DNA of 52,148 nucleotides. It comes from an uncultured Planctomycetaceae bacterium. GTDB lineage: Bacteria; Planctomycetota; Planctomycetia; Planctomycetales; Planctomycetaceae. Positions 27,797 to 36,187 of this stretch are shown here, piece by piece (within the stretch, counting starts at the first letter, position 1; every line of letters starts with the position of its first letter). The position numbers and the translations under genes are program-made. The stretch lies in NCBI GenBank assembly GCA_963976765.1, contig CAXBME010000041.1, forward strand, positions 1 to 52,148, given 5' to 3'. The notes below the pieces were generated by a model that was not told where the DNA came from, searched no databases, and worked only from the letters and a program-made list of their open reading frames with translations.

Positions 27797-28237
27797 TCAG
27801 GCGGCGACGAGTTCCTCTGCCATCACTGGCGTCAGCGTGACTTCGAGGTCTTTGGTAATGACCCGGCCTGCTCGTTTCATTTTCGGCAACTTGGCAATCA
27901 GTTCGTCCTTCACGGCCTTGATGCTTCTCTCCACGTCGGAGATGCGCTCTTTGATCTTGCTGTCTTCGCTGACGTTTTCCGCCATTGCTTCGGTGATGGC
28001 TTCACGAAGCAAGTTCAAGGCAGCGTCACGGGTGACACCGCACTTGTCGAAGAAGAGTGCCAGAGTCGTGACGAGCGGAATGCTGACGGTTGGTGCGACG
28101 AGTTGATCGTCATGTTTCTCGACGCTGCCGCTGATTCGCACGACAAATTCTTCATCGAAGTAGTGACGGCCAGCACCGAGGTCGAGTTCTTCGTTCTTGA
28201 ACGCTTTGGCGAGCAGTGCCTTCGTGGTGTTGTCCAT
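27797..28237 (-). CDS. Hypothetical protein
   Basis: Start MDNTT with a GGAG SD; stop codon fused to the motif. Confidence 0.8.
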   Translation of the reverse strand: MDNTTKALLAKAFKNEELDLGAGRHYFDEEFVVRISGSVEKHDDQLVAPTVSIPLVTTLALFFDKCGVTRDAALNLLREAITEAMAENVSEDSKIKERISDVERSIKAVKDELIAKLPKMKRAGRVITKDLEVTLTPVMAEELVAA

Positions 28238-28283
28238 GATTGACTCCAATGAGTGATTTGTTGTGATGGCTTGTCTGCGGGTG

Positions 28284-28462
28284 TCGGGAAAGAGCCGAGT
28301 GAACCGCTGACATTGATCTGTTGGAGACTTCGAGACTTTGCTTATGTCGTTGAAGTGGGCGACTTCGCTGACCGGTCAAACGGTCGCCGTTCAACGATTG
28401 CTTTGTGTCAAAGTCGAAGGCTCCGCTCGATCAAAGTCGGGCGGCCCAACTCGGTGTCCCGA
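28284..28462. other. About 180-nt nested imperfect hairpin
   Basis: Nested pairs on the minus strand: TCGGGA/TCCCGA, CCGAGT/ACTCGG, TTGATC/GATCAA, GGAG/CTCC, CTTCGA/TCGAAG, CTTTG/CAAAG, TCGTTGAA/TTCAACGA, GGCGAC/GTCGCC and TGAC-CG-GTCA. Confidence 0.8.
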
Positions 28463-29410
28463 TCAGGACATTGCGACTGCGGGTGTGGCTTCGTCTGTTC
28501 CAACTGTTGGAACGGCTTCGGCTTCACGACTGAAGCTCAGAATGAAGTCGGTCGCCTTTGAGGCGGCGCTACTTGCACGAAAGATGAAGCCCGCATCACC
28601 TTTCATTCGTTCCAGCCAGCCCCTCAAGTAGGCGCTGTGGTTGTCGAGGCTCTCGGTTACGGGGATGCCGAGTTCGCTGGCGAGGAAGCAAGCACCGATC
28701 TCGGCAACCAGTTCTTCTTCTGCGTACTTGTGCTCGTTGGAAGCCTTCCAGTTCAGCCGTCGTTCGTTCAGGCTCCAGTGGACAAACTCATGGCTCAAGC
28801 TCTCGTAGTATTCGCTATCGAAGCGTTCCCGCTCCGGCATCTGGATGTAATCGTGTGTCGGGCTGTAGTAACACTGAATCCCACCGTGACGAACTTCAGC
28901 GCCAGTACCAGCGAAGACTTCTTCAGCGTGTTCGAGGACTTCGAACTCGGTGCGGGTGTCTTCGGAATAGCCAGCACGAAGATGATCCAGATGAGCGCCT
29001 TCAACTTGGTCAATGTTGAAGACCGTGTACTGCTTGAGCATGAAGAACTTGTCTTCGATTTCTTCACCGTGCTTGTCGGTCTTCGTCTTGGTGATCGCAG
29101 ACGCATACACGATCTTGGTGCCCCACGTTCCGGGTTTTACGTCATCGGGACGTTTTATGACTTGCCCCTTGAGCTTTCTCCATTGAGAAAAAGTCGCCCA
29201 ATGTTTCGACTGGAAGCCGTATTTCAACGAAGAGATCATGCACAAGAGTGGATTCACGCCGGAGTATGGCCTACGGCTGACGACATTGACTGGCCAGCCT
29301 GAGTTGGGGCAGCATCGCCATGTCTTTCTCCAAGGCGGCAGATCACCTGATTCGATGGCGGCAACGATCTGGTTCGTGATGTCGGTGCGGATTTGAGCGT
29401 TGTTGGGCAT
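28463..29410 (-). CDS. ardC: ArdC-family antirestriction/ssDNA-binding protein with zincin domain
   Basis: ITNQIV...PWRKTW...YSGVN...WATFSQW...YTVFNIDQ, YYSPTHDYIQMP, HEFVH and YAEEELVAEIGA. Start MPNNAQ. Confidence 0.93.
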   Translation of the reverse strand: MPNNAQIRTDITNQIVAAIESGDLPPWRKTWRCCPNSGWPVNVVSRRPYSGVNPLLCMISSLKYGFQSKHWATFSQWRKLKGQVIKRPDDVKPGTWGTKIVYASAITKTKTDKHGEEIEDKFFMLKQYTVFNIDQVEGAHLDHLRAGYSEDTRTEFEVLEHAEEVFAGTGAEVRHGGIQCYYSPTHDYIQMPERERFDSEYYESLSHEFVHWSLNERRLNWKASNEHKYAEEELVAEIGACFLASELGIPVTESLDNHSAYLRGWLERMKGDAGFIFRASSAASKATDFILSFSREAEAVPTVGTDEATPAVAMS

Positions 29411-29779
29411 TTCGCCGTCTCCAGTGGTGGTTGGTTGGACGGCTTCATTGCGGGTGTCGCTGACGACAAATCGGCGAATACTCCTGCTGCGTTGAGAATT
29501 GCGAAAACCTGTTTCGGTGGTTTCAGGGTCAGCGGTCGCCGCAACTGAGACGGGCATGTTTGAGAGCGCACGATCTTGGCTGGAAAGCCAAATTCCGCCG
29601 TAAAACCAGCCGTGTCGGCGGACTGTCGCAAGTTTCAAGTTTCCGGCGTGGTTATTAACTGCATGGGCTTGGGCGGTATCGGCAGAGTGCGATACGTCTC
29701 AATTCTGCTGTCGGCACCACTGCCCCATCGTCTCCCATGGCACCTGCTGCGGTACAAGAGGAAAGGGAAGTATTGCTGT

Positions 29780-30087
29780 GGTCCAAACGGTCCAGATGGT
29801 CCAGACAAAAGTGATGTTTCTCTTCTCTATTGTTCTATCCTCATTCTCTCTTCGAACTTCTTTATGAATGAGTGATTTGTCTGGACCATCTGGACCACCC
29901 CTGTTTTTACTGGGTGTTTTGCTACTTTCGTCTGGACCTTCGTTTGGACCGCATCTGGACCTGTCTGGACCGCTTTGACCAACCACCACACGAGGCAGGT
30001 GCCGCAGGAGACGATGAAGAAGTCGGCACGTCCAGAAAACGAAAATGGACCAGAACAATTGCTGTTCCGGTCCAAATGTGGTCCAGA
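29780..30087. repeat. Iteron cluster / putative replication origin
   Basis: About 11 GGTCCARA/TYTGGACC octamers plus degenerate copies. A perfect 21-bp inverted repeat (29789-29809 and 29876-29896) flanks an AT- and pyrimidine-rich spacer. Lies directly downstream of the primase. Confidence 0.85.
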
Positions 30088-30116
30088 CAAAATGCGCCCA
30101 TCTGGGACACCCGCTG

Positions 30117-32576
30117 TCAACACACCATCTCCCTGACCTTCAAGAGTTCTCGACTTTCTGGGTTCAGGCCGATGCCAACATAGCACCACGTCCGACTGCC
30201 ACCACTCCGGGTGCGCTCGTCTTCAATGGTTGGGACGACCGCACGCAGCTTGCGTCCGAAGTCATTCCGGCTTCCCGCCACGTGCCCGTTCTCTTCGCAC
30301 CAGTGTTGCCAGACAATCCGCAGGTCTTGTCGTGTAACCCGCCCGTCAGGTCCAAGCTCGCAACATTCATCAATGAACGCTTTCACTGGAGAAGACAGAT
30401 AAACAAAATCACGCATGATCTTCTCGCCAGCACCGGGGTTCTTGAACCTGCCATTTGCCTTCAGTTGGCGTAAGCCTTCCAGCGCCCAGTTCGTGATCCC
30501 GGAGACTTCCTTCAACAACCGATCCACGAGGTCGAAATCTTCCTTTCCTTCGTAGGTTTTGAAGTACGGGATGATGAGCAGTCGAGATCGCAGTGCCGCC
30601 GACGAATCGGACAAGCGAGGCAACTCATTCACCGCCATCGTGAATCGGACTTTCAAATCAACACTCGAAAGAGCCGCAACACCCTTGCGGTCTACAGTCT
30701 GTTCGGAACCACCAGAGATCGCCTTCAGCCGTTCCAAGACAAGAGAGTTGTCGCTGAATTTCCCGAGATGGCCTTCATCGATCAGTGCCGACATCCTGCC
30801 GACCAGCGGTTCGAGCCCAAACCGTCCTCCCAGCGATGCCAGTGACGTGCTGGCGATGTTGTGCCGACCGAGCATTGCGCCCATCAAGGCCATCGTTGTG
30901 CCCTTCCCGGAGCGAGGAGGGCCAATCAGCATGGCAATCTTGTGCTGGCGGTTGTCGCTCGTGAGGTTGTACCCGAACCACTGTTGCAGCGCACTGATTC
31001 TTTCCTCGTCTCCATCGAACACATCGTTCAGGAAATCGAACCACTGTGGGCACGCTGCGGCTGCGTCGAACCTGTGCGGCAGACAGTTCGGCGAAAACCA
31101 TTCCGGCGAATGCGGCAACAACTCATTGCCACCAGCCAAACTCTGTTCGACATCCAGCAGTCCATTGTCAAAGGCGATGATGCTTGCAGGCCCGGAGGTC
31201 AGCCAGCATGGTGCTTCCAACGACGATGGTTTGTTCGCTACGGCCTTCAACGCATCCATGACACCGCTGACAACGTTGCGACTCGGCTTGAAGGCAACTT
31301 GCTTGTCTTTCTGCCAGACACGGCACGTGGCAAGCCACTTCCAGAGCGTTGCTTTGATTTCGTCTTCCCCAATTACTTCGTAGCGTGTGCCCGACCAGCG
31401 GTGCCAAGTGATCTGGTGGAAGATCAGGGTTGGCTTGCTCTTGGCAAGAAAACAATCTCGAAAGAAGCGCTCCGCAATTTCGTAGTGGTTCTTGGCGTCA
31501 ATCACCGGGCCAACATCAAATGCTCCAACGATCTCATCAACCTTGGCTTCCACGTCGCCGAGTTCACGGACGGGATTCAGCTTGTCGCCGACTTCACCAA
31601 GGTATTCTTGGCCCAGACACCATTCAATCTTGCGGGAGATGTCTACTTCGGTCCACGGGTACCAAGTATCGTCAGCATACAACTGGTCTGGCTTCTCGCC
31701 CCACTCATTCAGTAACTCCTGAACAATGTCAACGGGAAGGGCGAAGCCGTACAGCAGCTTCATCGTCAGCGCCGCACAGTTCTTGTCAGCGCCGTTTCCT
31801 TCTTGAGTTCCGGGAACTTTCGCAAGATACAGTCGAGCCTGTTCTTCCCTTTCAACAATGGACAACTCGACTTCGGAAATCACAGAATCGTGATCCGCTG
31901 AGTCGATGTCTGCTGGAACAGAAGCAAAACTTCTTGACCGGTTGCTTTTCGCATACGGTAGCCACGTCGGGTCATAGACCGGAGCTTTTATCAACAACTC
32001 CTTCGTCCACGGCTGCACTTCCTCGTACATCCTGTGTGTCTGGGGATGAATCGAACCGGGGCACATGATGAGGCCACCGTCGCCACGGATGTCAAGGTTG
32101 TACTGCTGACCGTCGATCTTCAGCTTCGTTGGATTGCCGATGCGTGCGACATCTCCGACTGACGGTCGGCGATACACGAACTGCTTGTTGCCACTGCCAG
32201 TGATCTGAACCATTGGCGTCGGTTCACAGCAATTCAGGACAAGCTCTTCGGCTTCCTCGTCGTCGCTATCGACGACAATGATTCCGGGGTTCGTTTCCGA
32301 CCAAGGCATAGCGCCGGTCACTAAGGCAAAGTTCAGATTCTTTGCCTTCCACGTTCGTCGTCCATCTTTCGATGGAAACCTCCCAGTCATCCAGCCCTTG
32401 ATTTCTTCCGGTTTTACTCGACGGTTCTGAAGATGCTTCCACTTGCAACATGGGTCTTTACCGTTCATTGGGACAAGATTGAAGTCCATGTGATACAGAC
32501 GAGAAACAATCTGCGTCCTGTAATTTCCCGCCCTTTCGTCAGCGAGAATCGGTTCTGTGCTACTTACATAGTTCAT
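30117..32576 (-). CDS. Prim-Pol (bifunctional primase/polymerase) fused to D5/P4-family SF3 helicase
   Basis: N-terminal IIVVDSD, TGSG..Q and DIRGDGGLIMCPGSIH. C-terminal IAFDNGLLD, GPPRSGKGT, LIDE, MAVNELP and RSRLLIIPY. Start MNYVS with a strong SD. Confidence 0.92.
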   Translation of the reverse strand: MNYVSSTEPILADERAGNYRTQIVSRLYHMDFNLVPMNGKDPCCKWKHLQNRRVKPEEIKGWMTGRFPSKDGRRTWKAKNLNFALVTGAMPWSETNPGIIVVDSDDEEAEELVLNCCEPTPMVQITGSGNKQFVYRRPSVGDVARIGNPTKLKIDGQQYNLDIRGDGGLIMCPGSIHPQTHRMYEEVQPWTKELLIKAPVYDPTWLPYAKSNRSRSFASVPADIDSADHDSVISEVELSIVEREEQARLYLAKVPGTQEGNGADKNCAALTMKLLYGFALPVDIVQELLNEWGEKPDQLYADDTWYPWTEVDISRKIEWCLGQEYLGEVGDKLNPVRELGDVEAKVDEIVGAFDVGPVIDAKNHYEIAERFFRDCFLAKSKPTLIFHQITWHRWSGTRYEVIGEDEIKATLWKWLATCRVWQKDKQVAFKPSRNVVSGVMDALKAVANKPSSLEAPCWLTSGPASIIAFDNGLLDVEQSLAGGNELLPHSPEWFSPNCLPHRFDAAAACPQWFDFLNDVFDGDEERISALQQWFGYNLTSDNRQHKIAMLIGPPRSGKGTTMALMGAMLGRHNIASTSLASLGGRFGLEPLVGRMSALIDEGHLGKFSDNSLVLERLKAISGGSEQTVDRKGVAALSSVDLKVRFTMAVNELPRLSDSSAALRSRLLIIPYFKTYEGKEDFDLVDRLLKEVSGITNWALEGLRQLKANGRFKNPGAGEKIMRDFVYLSSPVKAFIDECCELGPDGRVTRQDLRIVWQHWCEENGHVAGSRNDFGRKLRAVVPTIEDERTRSGGSRTWCYVGIGLNPESRELLKVREMVC

Positions 32577-32697
32577 GAGGAATCCTTCTCCGGCTGACCA
32601 CCAGCCGGATAATTTCAACAGTTGTAACGACGAAGCAGACAGCCTGTGGCCACACGCCACAGGCTGTCGTGCTCAGTCAGATCATGGGGTTTCCCGT

Positions 32698-32940
32698 CTA
32701 TTCGTCTGCCCTGACAAGATGACCATCGGCATCACGAACAAGCCGACAATGAGCCTGCTTGTCCTCTGTTGCATGGACAACTGAGACCGCAGCCTTTGTG
32801 TTGGTCCACTGATACGAATACGTATCTACCATTGTCCGTTCGATCTCTTCGTCCGTGGCATCGTCGGGCACGTCGAGCCACAGGTATCGCACGTGTGGGA
32901 AATCCCCACCAGTTTTCACTGTTACATCTACTTGTCTCAT
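32698..32940 (-). CDS. Hypothetical protein
   Basis: 80 aa; overlaps the HTH gene stop. Confidence 0.7.
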   Translation of the reverse strand: MRQVDVTVKTGGDFPHVRYLWLDVPDDATDEEIERTMVDTYSYQWTNTKAAVSVVHATEDKQAHCRLVRDADGHLVRADE

Positions 32941-33152
32941 CGCTTCGGTCCTTTCTGGTAGTGCGCAGAGAGTTCCTGTAGGTCAGCCTCGGTGAAGTAC
33001 GCCCTTCTTCCGAGCCAAACCTGCGGTGATCGAACACGGCCAGCACGAGCGTCTCTGTGTAGGCGCTGGACGCCAACTTCGAGTTGGCGTGCTGCCTCTG
33101 AGACGTTGAACAATTTCAAAATGGTTCTTCTGTCATGTGCCGTGACTCGCAT
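32937..33152 (-). CDS. AlpA/excisionase-like HTH protein
   Basis: LFNVSEAARQLEVGVQRLHR...GRV..P...GRRAYFTEADL. GGAGG SD; first gene of the primase operon. Confidence 0.8.
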   Translation of the reverse strand: MRVTAHDRRTILKLFNVSEAARQLEVGVQRLHRDARAGRVRSPQVWLGRRAYFTEADLQELSAHYQKGPKR

Positions 33153-33513
33153 CTTCCTCCACGCAATGTTGCTGTGTTTAGGTAGTAGCCTGCTGACAAT
33201 TTTCGGGCTGAAATTTTCAGAATCCGGTCAGCGGCGGCGCATGAACTTGCCGCACAGTTGGATCGGGGATGCTGACTCAGCCGAAATCAGCGGACGCCAA
33301 AGAGGTCCAAGACGATTGGACGCAGGGGCGTGCCAGTTAAGAGATGTATGTCGTGGTAATTCGTCGTAGTTCAGGGCGAAGTATAACAAGAGTACCAGTT
33401 GTTGTCCAAACGGACTTTCGTGTCGAAAGCGCCAATCGCATTCTGCGCTTTACAATCCAAACTGTGCTTTGAAGCCAAGTGCAGATGCCAACTGTTGGAA
33501 TGCCGACGAATAA

Positions 33514-33750
33514 ATGATTGACACGATTCTCGATGCCGCAGCATTCATTCTCGAAGAACAGGGCGAGACGCAGAGCCCGTACTGGCTCGCATCACAGATG
33601 ATGGAGGGAAAGTTGTGGCGTGCCAGCGAGCACGATGATCGAGCCGCACTCGAACAGGACATCGCCGAGCATGGCGACCGTTCCCGGTTCGTCGAAGCTG
33701 ACGATGACGAGTATGCTTTACGTTCGTGGATGGAAAACGCCGATGACTGA
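33514..33750 (+). CDS. Small winged-helix protein (HARE-HTH-like)
   Basis: ILDAAAFILEEQG...L..DI..HG..SRF......YAL pattern. Confidence 0.6.
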   Translation: MIDTILDAAAFILEEQGETQSPYWLASQMMEGKLWRASEHDDRAALEQDIAEHGDRSRFVEADDDEYALRSWMENADD

Positions 33751-34162
33751 ACCACACAAAATCTGGGTCGAGCAGTGCGAAGCTGCCGAGGGAATTGAAG
33801 ATGACTTCGGCACGCAGCAGGCACTTGAGTACCTTGTCGGCGAGAAGTTCCTGAATTTTCTCGAAGCTGCTGAAACCGACGCCGACTTTCGAGCCGAAAT
33901 CCCTGCCTTCGTCGCCAAGATCAAGACGATCTTCGAGCGCTGGCAACTGGCTCAATACCTCGAAACAGCACGGGAGACCGAGCCGTTCGATCCTGAGTTA
34001 TTCGAGCCGAGAGAACATCCGGTACTCGGCAAAGAAGAGATTGAATTCGACGCCGAAGAGATCGAAGACATGAAGAAGGAAGACATTCGCCAATGCACAC
34101 GAGACCTGCTGCTGGTTGAGCGGGCTAGAGAGTGGCTGCTGGATGACGGGCAAAGTTCATGA
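33743..34162 (+). CDS. Hypothetical protein
   Basis: Start MTEPHK overlaps the previous stop; coupled to tspO. Confidence 0.75.
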   Translation: MTEPHKIWVEQCEAAEGIEDDFGTQQALEYLVGEKFLNFLEAAETDADFRAEIPAFVAKIKTIFERWQLAQYLETARETEPFDPELFEPREHPVLGKEEIEFDAEEIEDMKKEDIRQCTRDLLLVERAREWLLDDGQSS

Positions 34163-34560
34163 CTTGGATGGAGTGGTACAACGCACTTGAGAAGCCATCG
34201 TGGACTCCACCGCCTTCTACCATCGGGCTGATCTGGCAGATTCTCTATCCGATCATCATTGTGACGTTCGGTTTCGTCTTCGTGCAGGCGCTCAGGAAGA
34301 AGGTCCGATGGCAGGTCTCGTTGCCGTTCGGCATCAACCTTGTAGCGAACCTTATCTTCACGCCAATTCTGTTCGGGATGCGAAACCTGCCACTGGCGTC
34401 GGTGGACATCCTGATTGTCTGGGCCACGATCATCTGGATGATTATCGCTGTCTGGAAGCACTACCGTTGGGTTGCTGTGGCTCAGATTCCGTACTTCGTC
34501 TGGGTCTCGATTGCGACTGTGCTGCAACTTTCGATCACATTCTGGAATCTGGGCGGATGA
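34159..34560 (+). CDS. tspO: TspO/MBR family membrane protein
   Basis: WYNALEKPSWTPP...IWQILY...PYFVWVSIAT signature. Confidence 0.92.
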   Translation: MTWMEWYNALEKPSWTPPPSTIGLIWQILYPIIIVTFGFVFVQALRKKVRWQVSLPFGINLVANLIFTPILFGMRNLPLASVDILIVWATIIWMIIAVWKHYRWVAVAQIPYFVWVSIATVLQLSITFWNLGG

Positions 34561-35058
34561 TCCTGCGACTAACCCAAAAGCTGAACACGAAGATCAAAGC
34601 AGGTAAGCTGACGGAGATGTCGCTGGACGCTAACCCGTATGCGGACTGGTCATGCAACATCTTCACGGCTGACCGTACCCAGTACATCCTCCTGACGAAT
34701 ACTGCTTCGCTGTACTCGTGCGTCATGTATGGCAGGGGGATCACGGACGACTGCATCTTCATCGACCGGGCACTCGACACGATTCGAGAATTCACGGCAG
34801 ACGACGGCCAGCAATTCATTTACCGGAAGTTCATCGCACCATCGAGCGGCACGGTCAGTTTTGCCAAGGGGTTAAGTCGTTCGGTGACTGGTTCTATGAA
34901 CGATCACGTTCATGCTGGCAGATGACATGGCACCGAGCGAGATCGGGTATCGACTCAATAAAACTCCGATGTCGGCGCTGGTCGATTCTGATGGCCGCAA
35001 GTACGCCTATCCCAAAGATGTCTTCAAACGATTGGTGGAGTTGCTCGATGACGATTAA
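34557..35058 (+). pseudogene. Frameshifted hypothetical gene (DUF6933-like)
   Basis: MILRLTQKL... stops at 34925. A plausible C-terminus (DDMAPSEIGYRLNKTPM...LLDDD*) continues in another frame at 34921-35058. Confidence 0.65.
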
Positions 35059-35396
35059 CTGAATCGGCTATTTGCGTAATGCCTTGCCAAACACGAAGCC
35101 AATAATCAAGCAGACCACGCCGTAACGCCAGAGCGTTGTCAGTCGGTTCGAAAGTCGCCATGAAGCCAAAGATGCAGAAAGCGGCGATGGCCAAGAGGAG
35201 CAGCGAGCCGAAAACGGCGATCAAGAGCTTCATTCGCCACTCGCTTTCAGCAGCGTCAGCAGCATGACTACGGGAGTGGTGGCCTTGATGCTGTGTGGTG
35301 TCTGGGCTGCGATGTGAATCCACGTACCCGGCTTACCTGCCACGGCCACTTCACGAATCGCCAGTGCGAAGATTCTGGCGCTCAACACCAATGGAA

Positions 35397-35663
35397 TCAT
35401 TCCCGAGGGAACTTTCTGGCGTCGTACTCTTTTCGCTCGCCCTCCAGCCATGCTAACGGCATGTAGTGAGTTAGTCCGCTCCAGCCACAATTGCATGGAC
35501 CGTACTTTTCGGATTGAGATTCGTCATCAAGCCAAGGGCGAAAACCATTGAGATTCGGCTTTTGGTCGGGCGTCTGTGGGATCACGCCACCGTGACATAG
35601 AATCTTGCCTGCTGGAATTTTTTTGGGGATGTAACTGATATAGCGGCTGGTGTTTTTTTCCAT
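35397..35663 (-). CDS. Small hypothetical protein with CxC...H motif
   Basis: 88 aa co-oriented ORF containing GPCNCGWSGLTHY. Confidence 0.6.
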   Translation of the reverse strand: MEKNTSRYISYIPKKIPAGKILCHGGVIPQTPDQKPNLNGFRPWLDDESQSEKYGPCNCGWSGLTHYMPLAWLEGERKEYDARKFPRE

Positions 35664-35716
35664 TGATCCAATCCTTGCGTCTGTGCGGCGAATAAGACGT
35701 TTAAGCCAGATTGAGT

Positions 35717-36187
35717 CTACACAATCTCCGCCAATCGATCACACGCATCCAGCATCGCCTTCAGCGGCTCAGGATCGGCCAAACGATGGTCGTTGCCGAT
35801 TTCGATCAGCATTTCTGGCGGCAGGCCGCTGTTGGCGACGAGTTCCTCAGAGTCGCTGAACGGGATTACATCGTCCTTGCGTGAATGAAGGATGATCGTG
35901 TTTGCCTTGACGGTCGTGGCCGTTCCCCAGTTCCTCCATGCGGGGCACAACAAAACCAGTGGTGTGTCGCCACTCTCCATGTTGACGGCAACTGCGCCGC
36001 CACGACTCGAACCAACGATCACGTCCGGGCGGTGCTTCTCGTATTCGGCTTCGGCGATGCGGACGGACTCCTCAAAATCTTCGTCCGGGAGCGCCGGGTT
36101 CAACACCCTGTGACCGTGCTCTTTCAGGTAGGTCGGTTTCTTGCCTCCCGGCACTGAGGTCCAGCCGTGAAGAAATAGGATTCTCAC
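35717..36187 (-). CDS. Alpha/beta hydrolase (YqiA-like esterase)
   Basis: ILFLHGW, GSSRGG, HSRKDDVIP and DH motifs. Confidence 0.9.
   Translation of the reverse strand: MRILFLHGWTSVPGGKKPTYLKEHGHRVLNPALPDEDFEESVRIAEAEYEKHRPDVIVGSSRGGAVAVNMESGDTPLVLLCPAWRNWGTATTVKANTIILHSRKDDVIPFSDSEELVANSGLPPEMLIEIGNDHRLADPEPLKAMLDACDRLAEIV

Larger units (their letters stand above)
20250..29458 (-). repeat. Dispersed polarised motif RACACCCGYA (plus strand (T)GCGGGTGT(C)), about 18 copies
   Basis: Hand-counted copies near 20250, 20966, 22580, 23067, 23274, 23641, 24240, 24558, 25013, 25963, 26279, 26636, 26994, 27788, 28274, 28477, 28951 and 29448, all in the same orientation. Further copies near 2939, 5152 and 7734 (same orientation) and 7822, 9242 and 30106 (opposite). 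Confidence 0.9.

Noticed and set aside
20250..29458. CRISPR array or classical integron attC cassettes as the explanation for the repeated motif
   Set aside because: The repeat is only about 10 bp with irregular, gene-sized spacing. No cas genes, no RYYYAAC/GTTRRRY attC boxes and no IntI were recognised.
29411..29638. Long N-terminal extension of ArdC (and similar extensions of the RND permease, LSR2, primase, ATPase and TetR)
   Set aside because: Internal ATGs, mostly with SD-like sequences, match the family N-termini; the extensions run through regulatory DNA.
29576..30189. ORFs 29576-29875, 29699-30058, 29827-30189 and 29872-30183
   Set aside because: Their repetitive peptides (GPD/WT/VQT) simply translate the iterons; there is no SD or domain support.
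30559..32068. Long plus-strand ORFs antisense to the primase
   Set aside because: Shadow frames of a GC-rich coding gene with no recognisable motifs.
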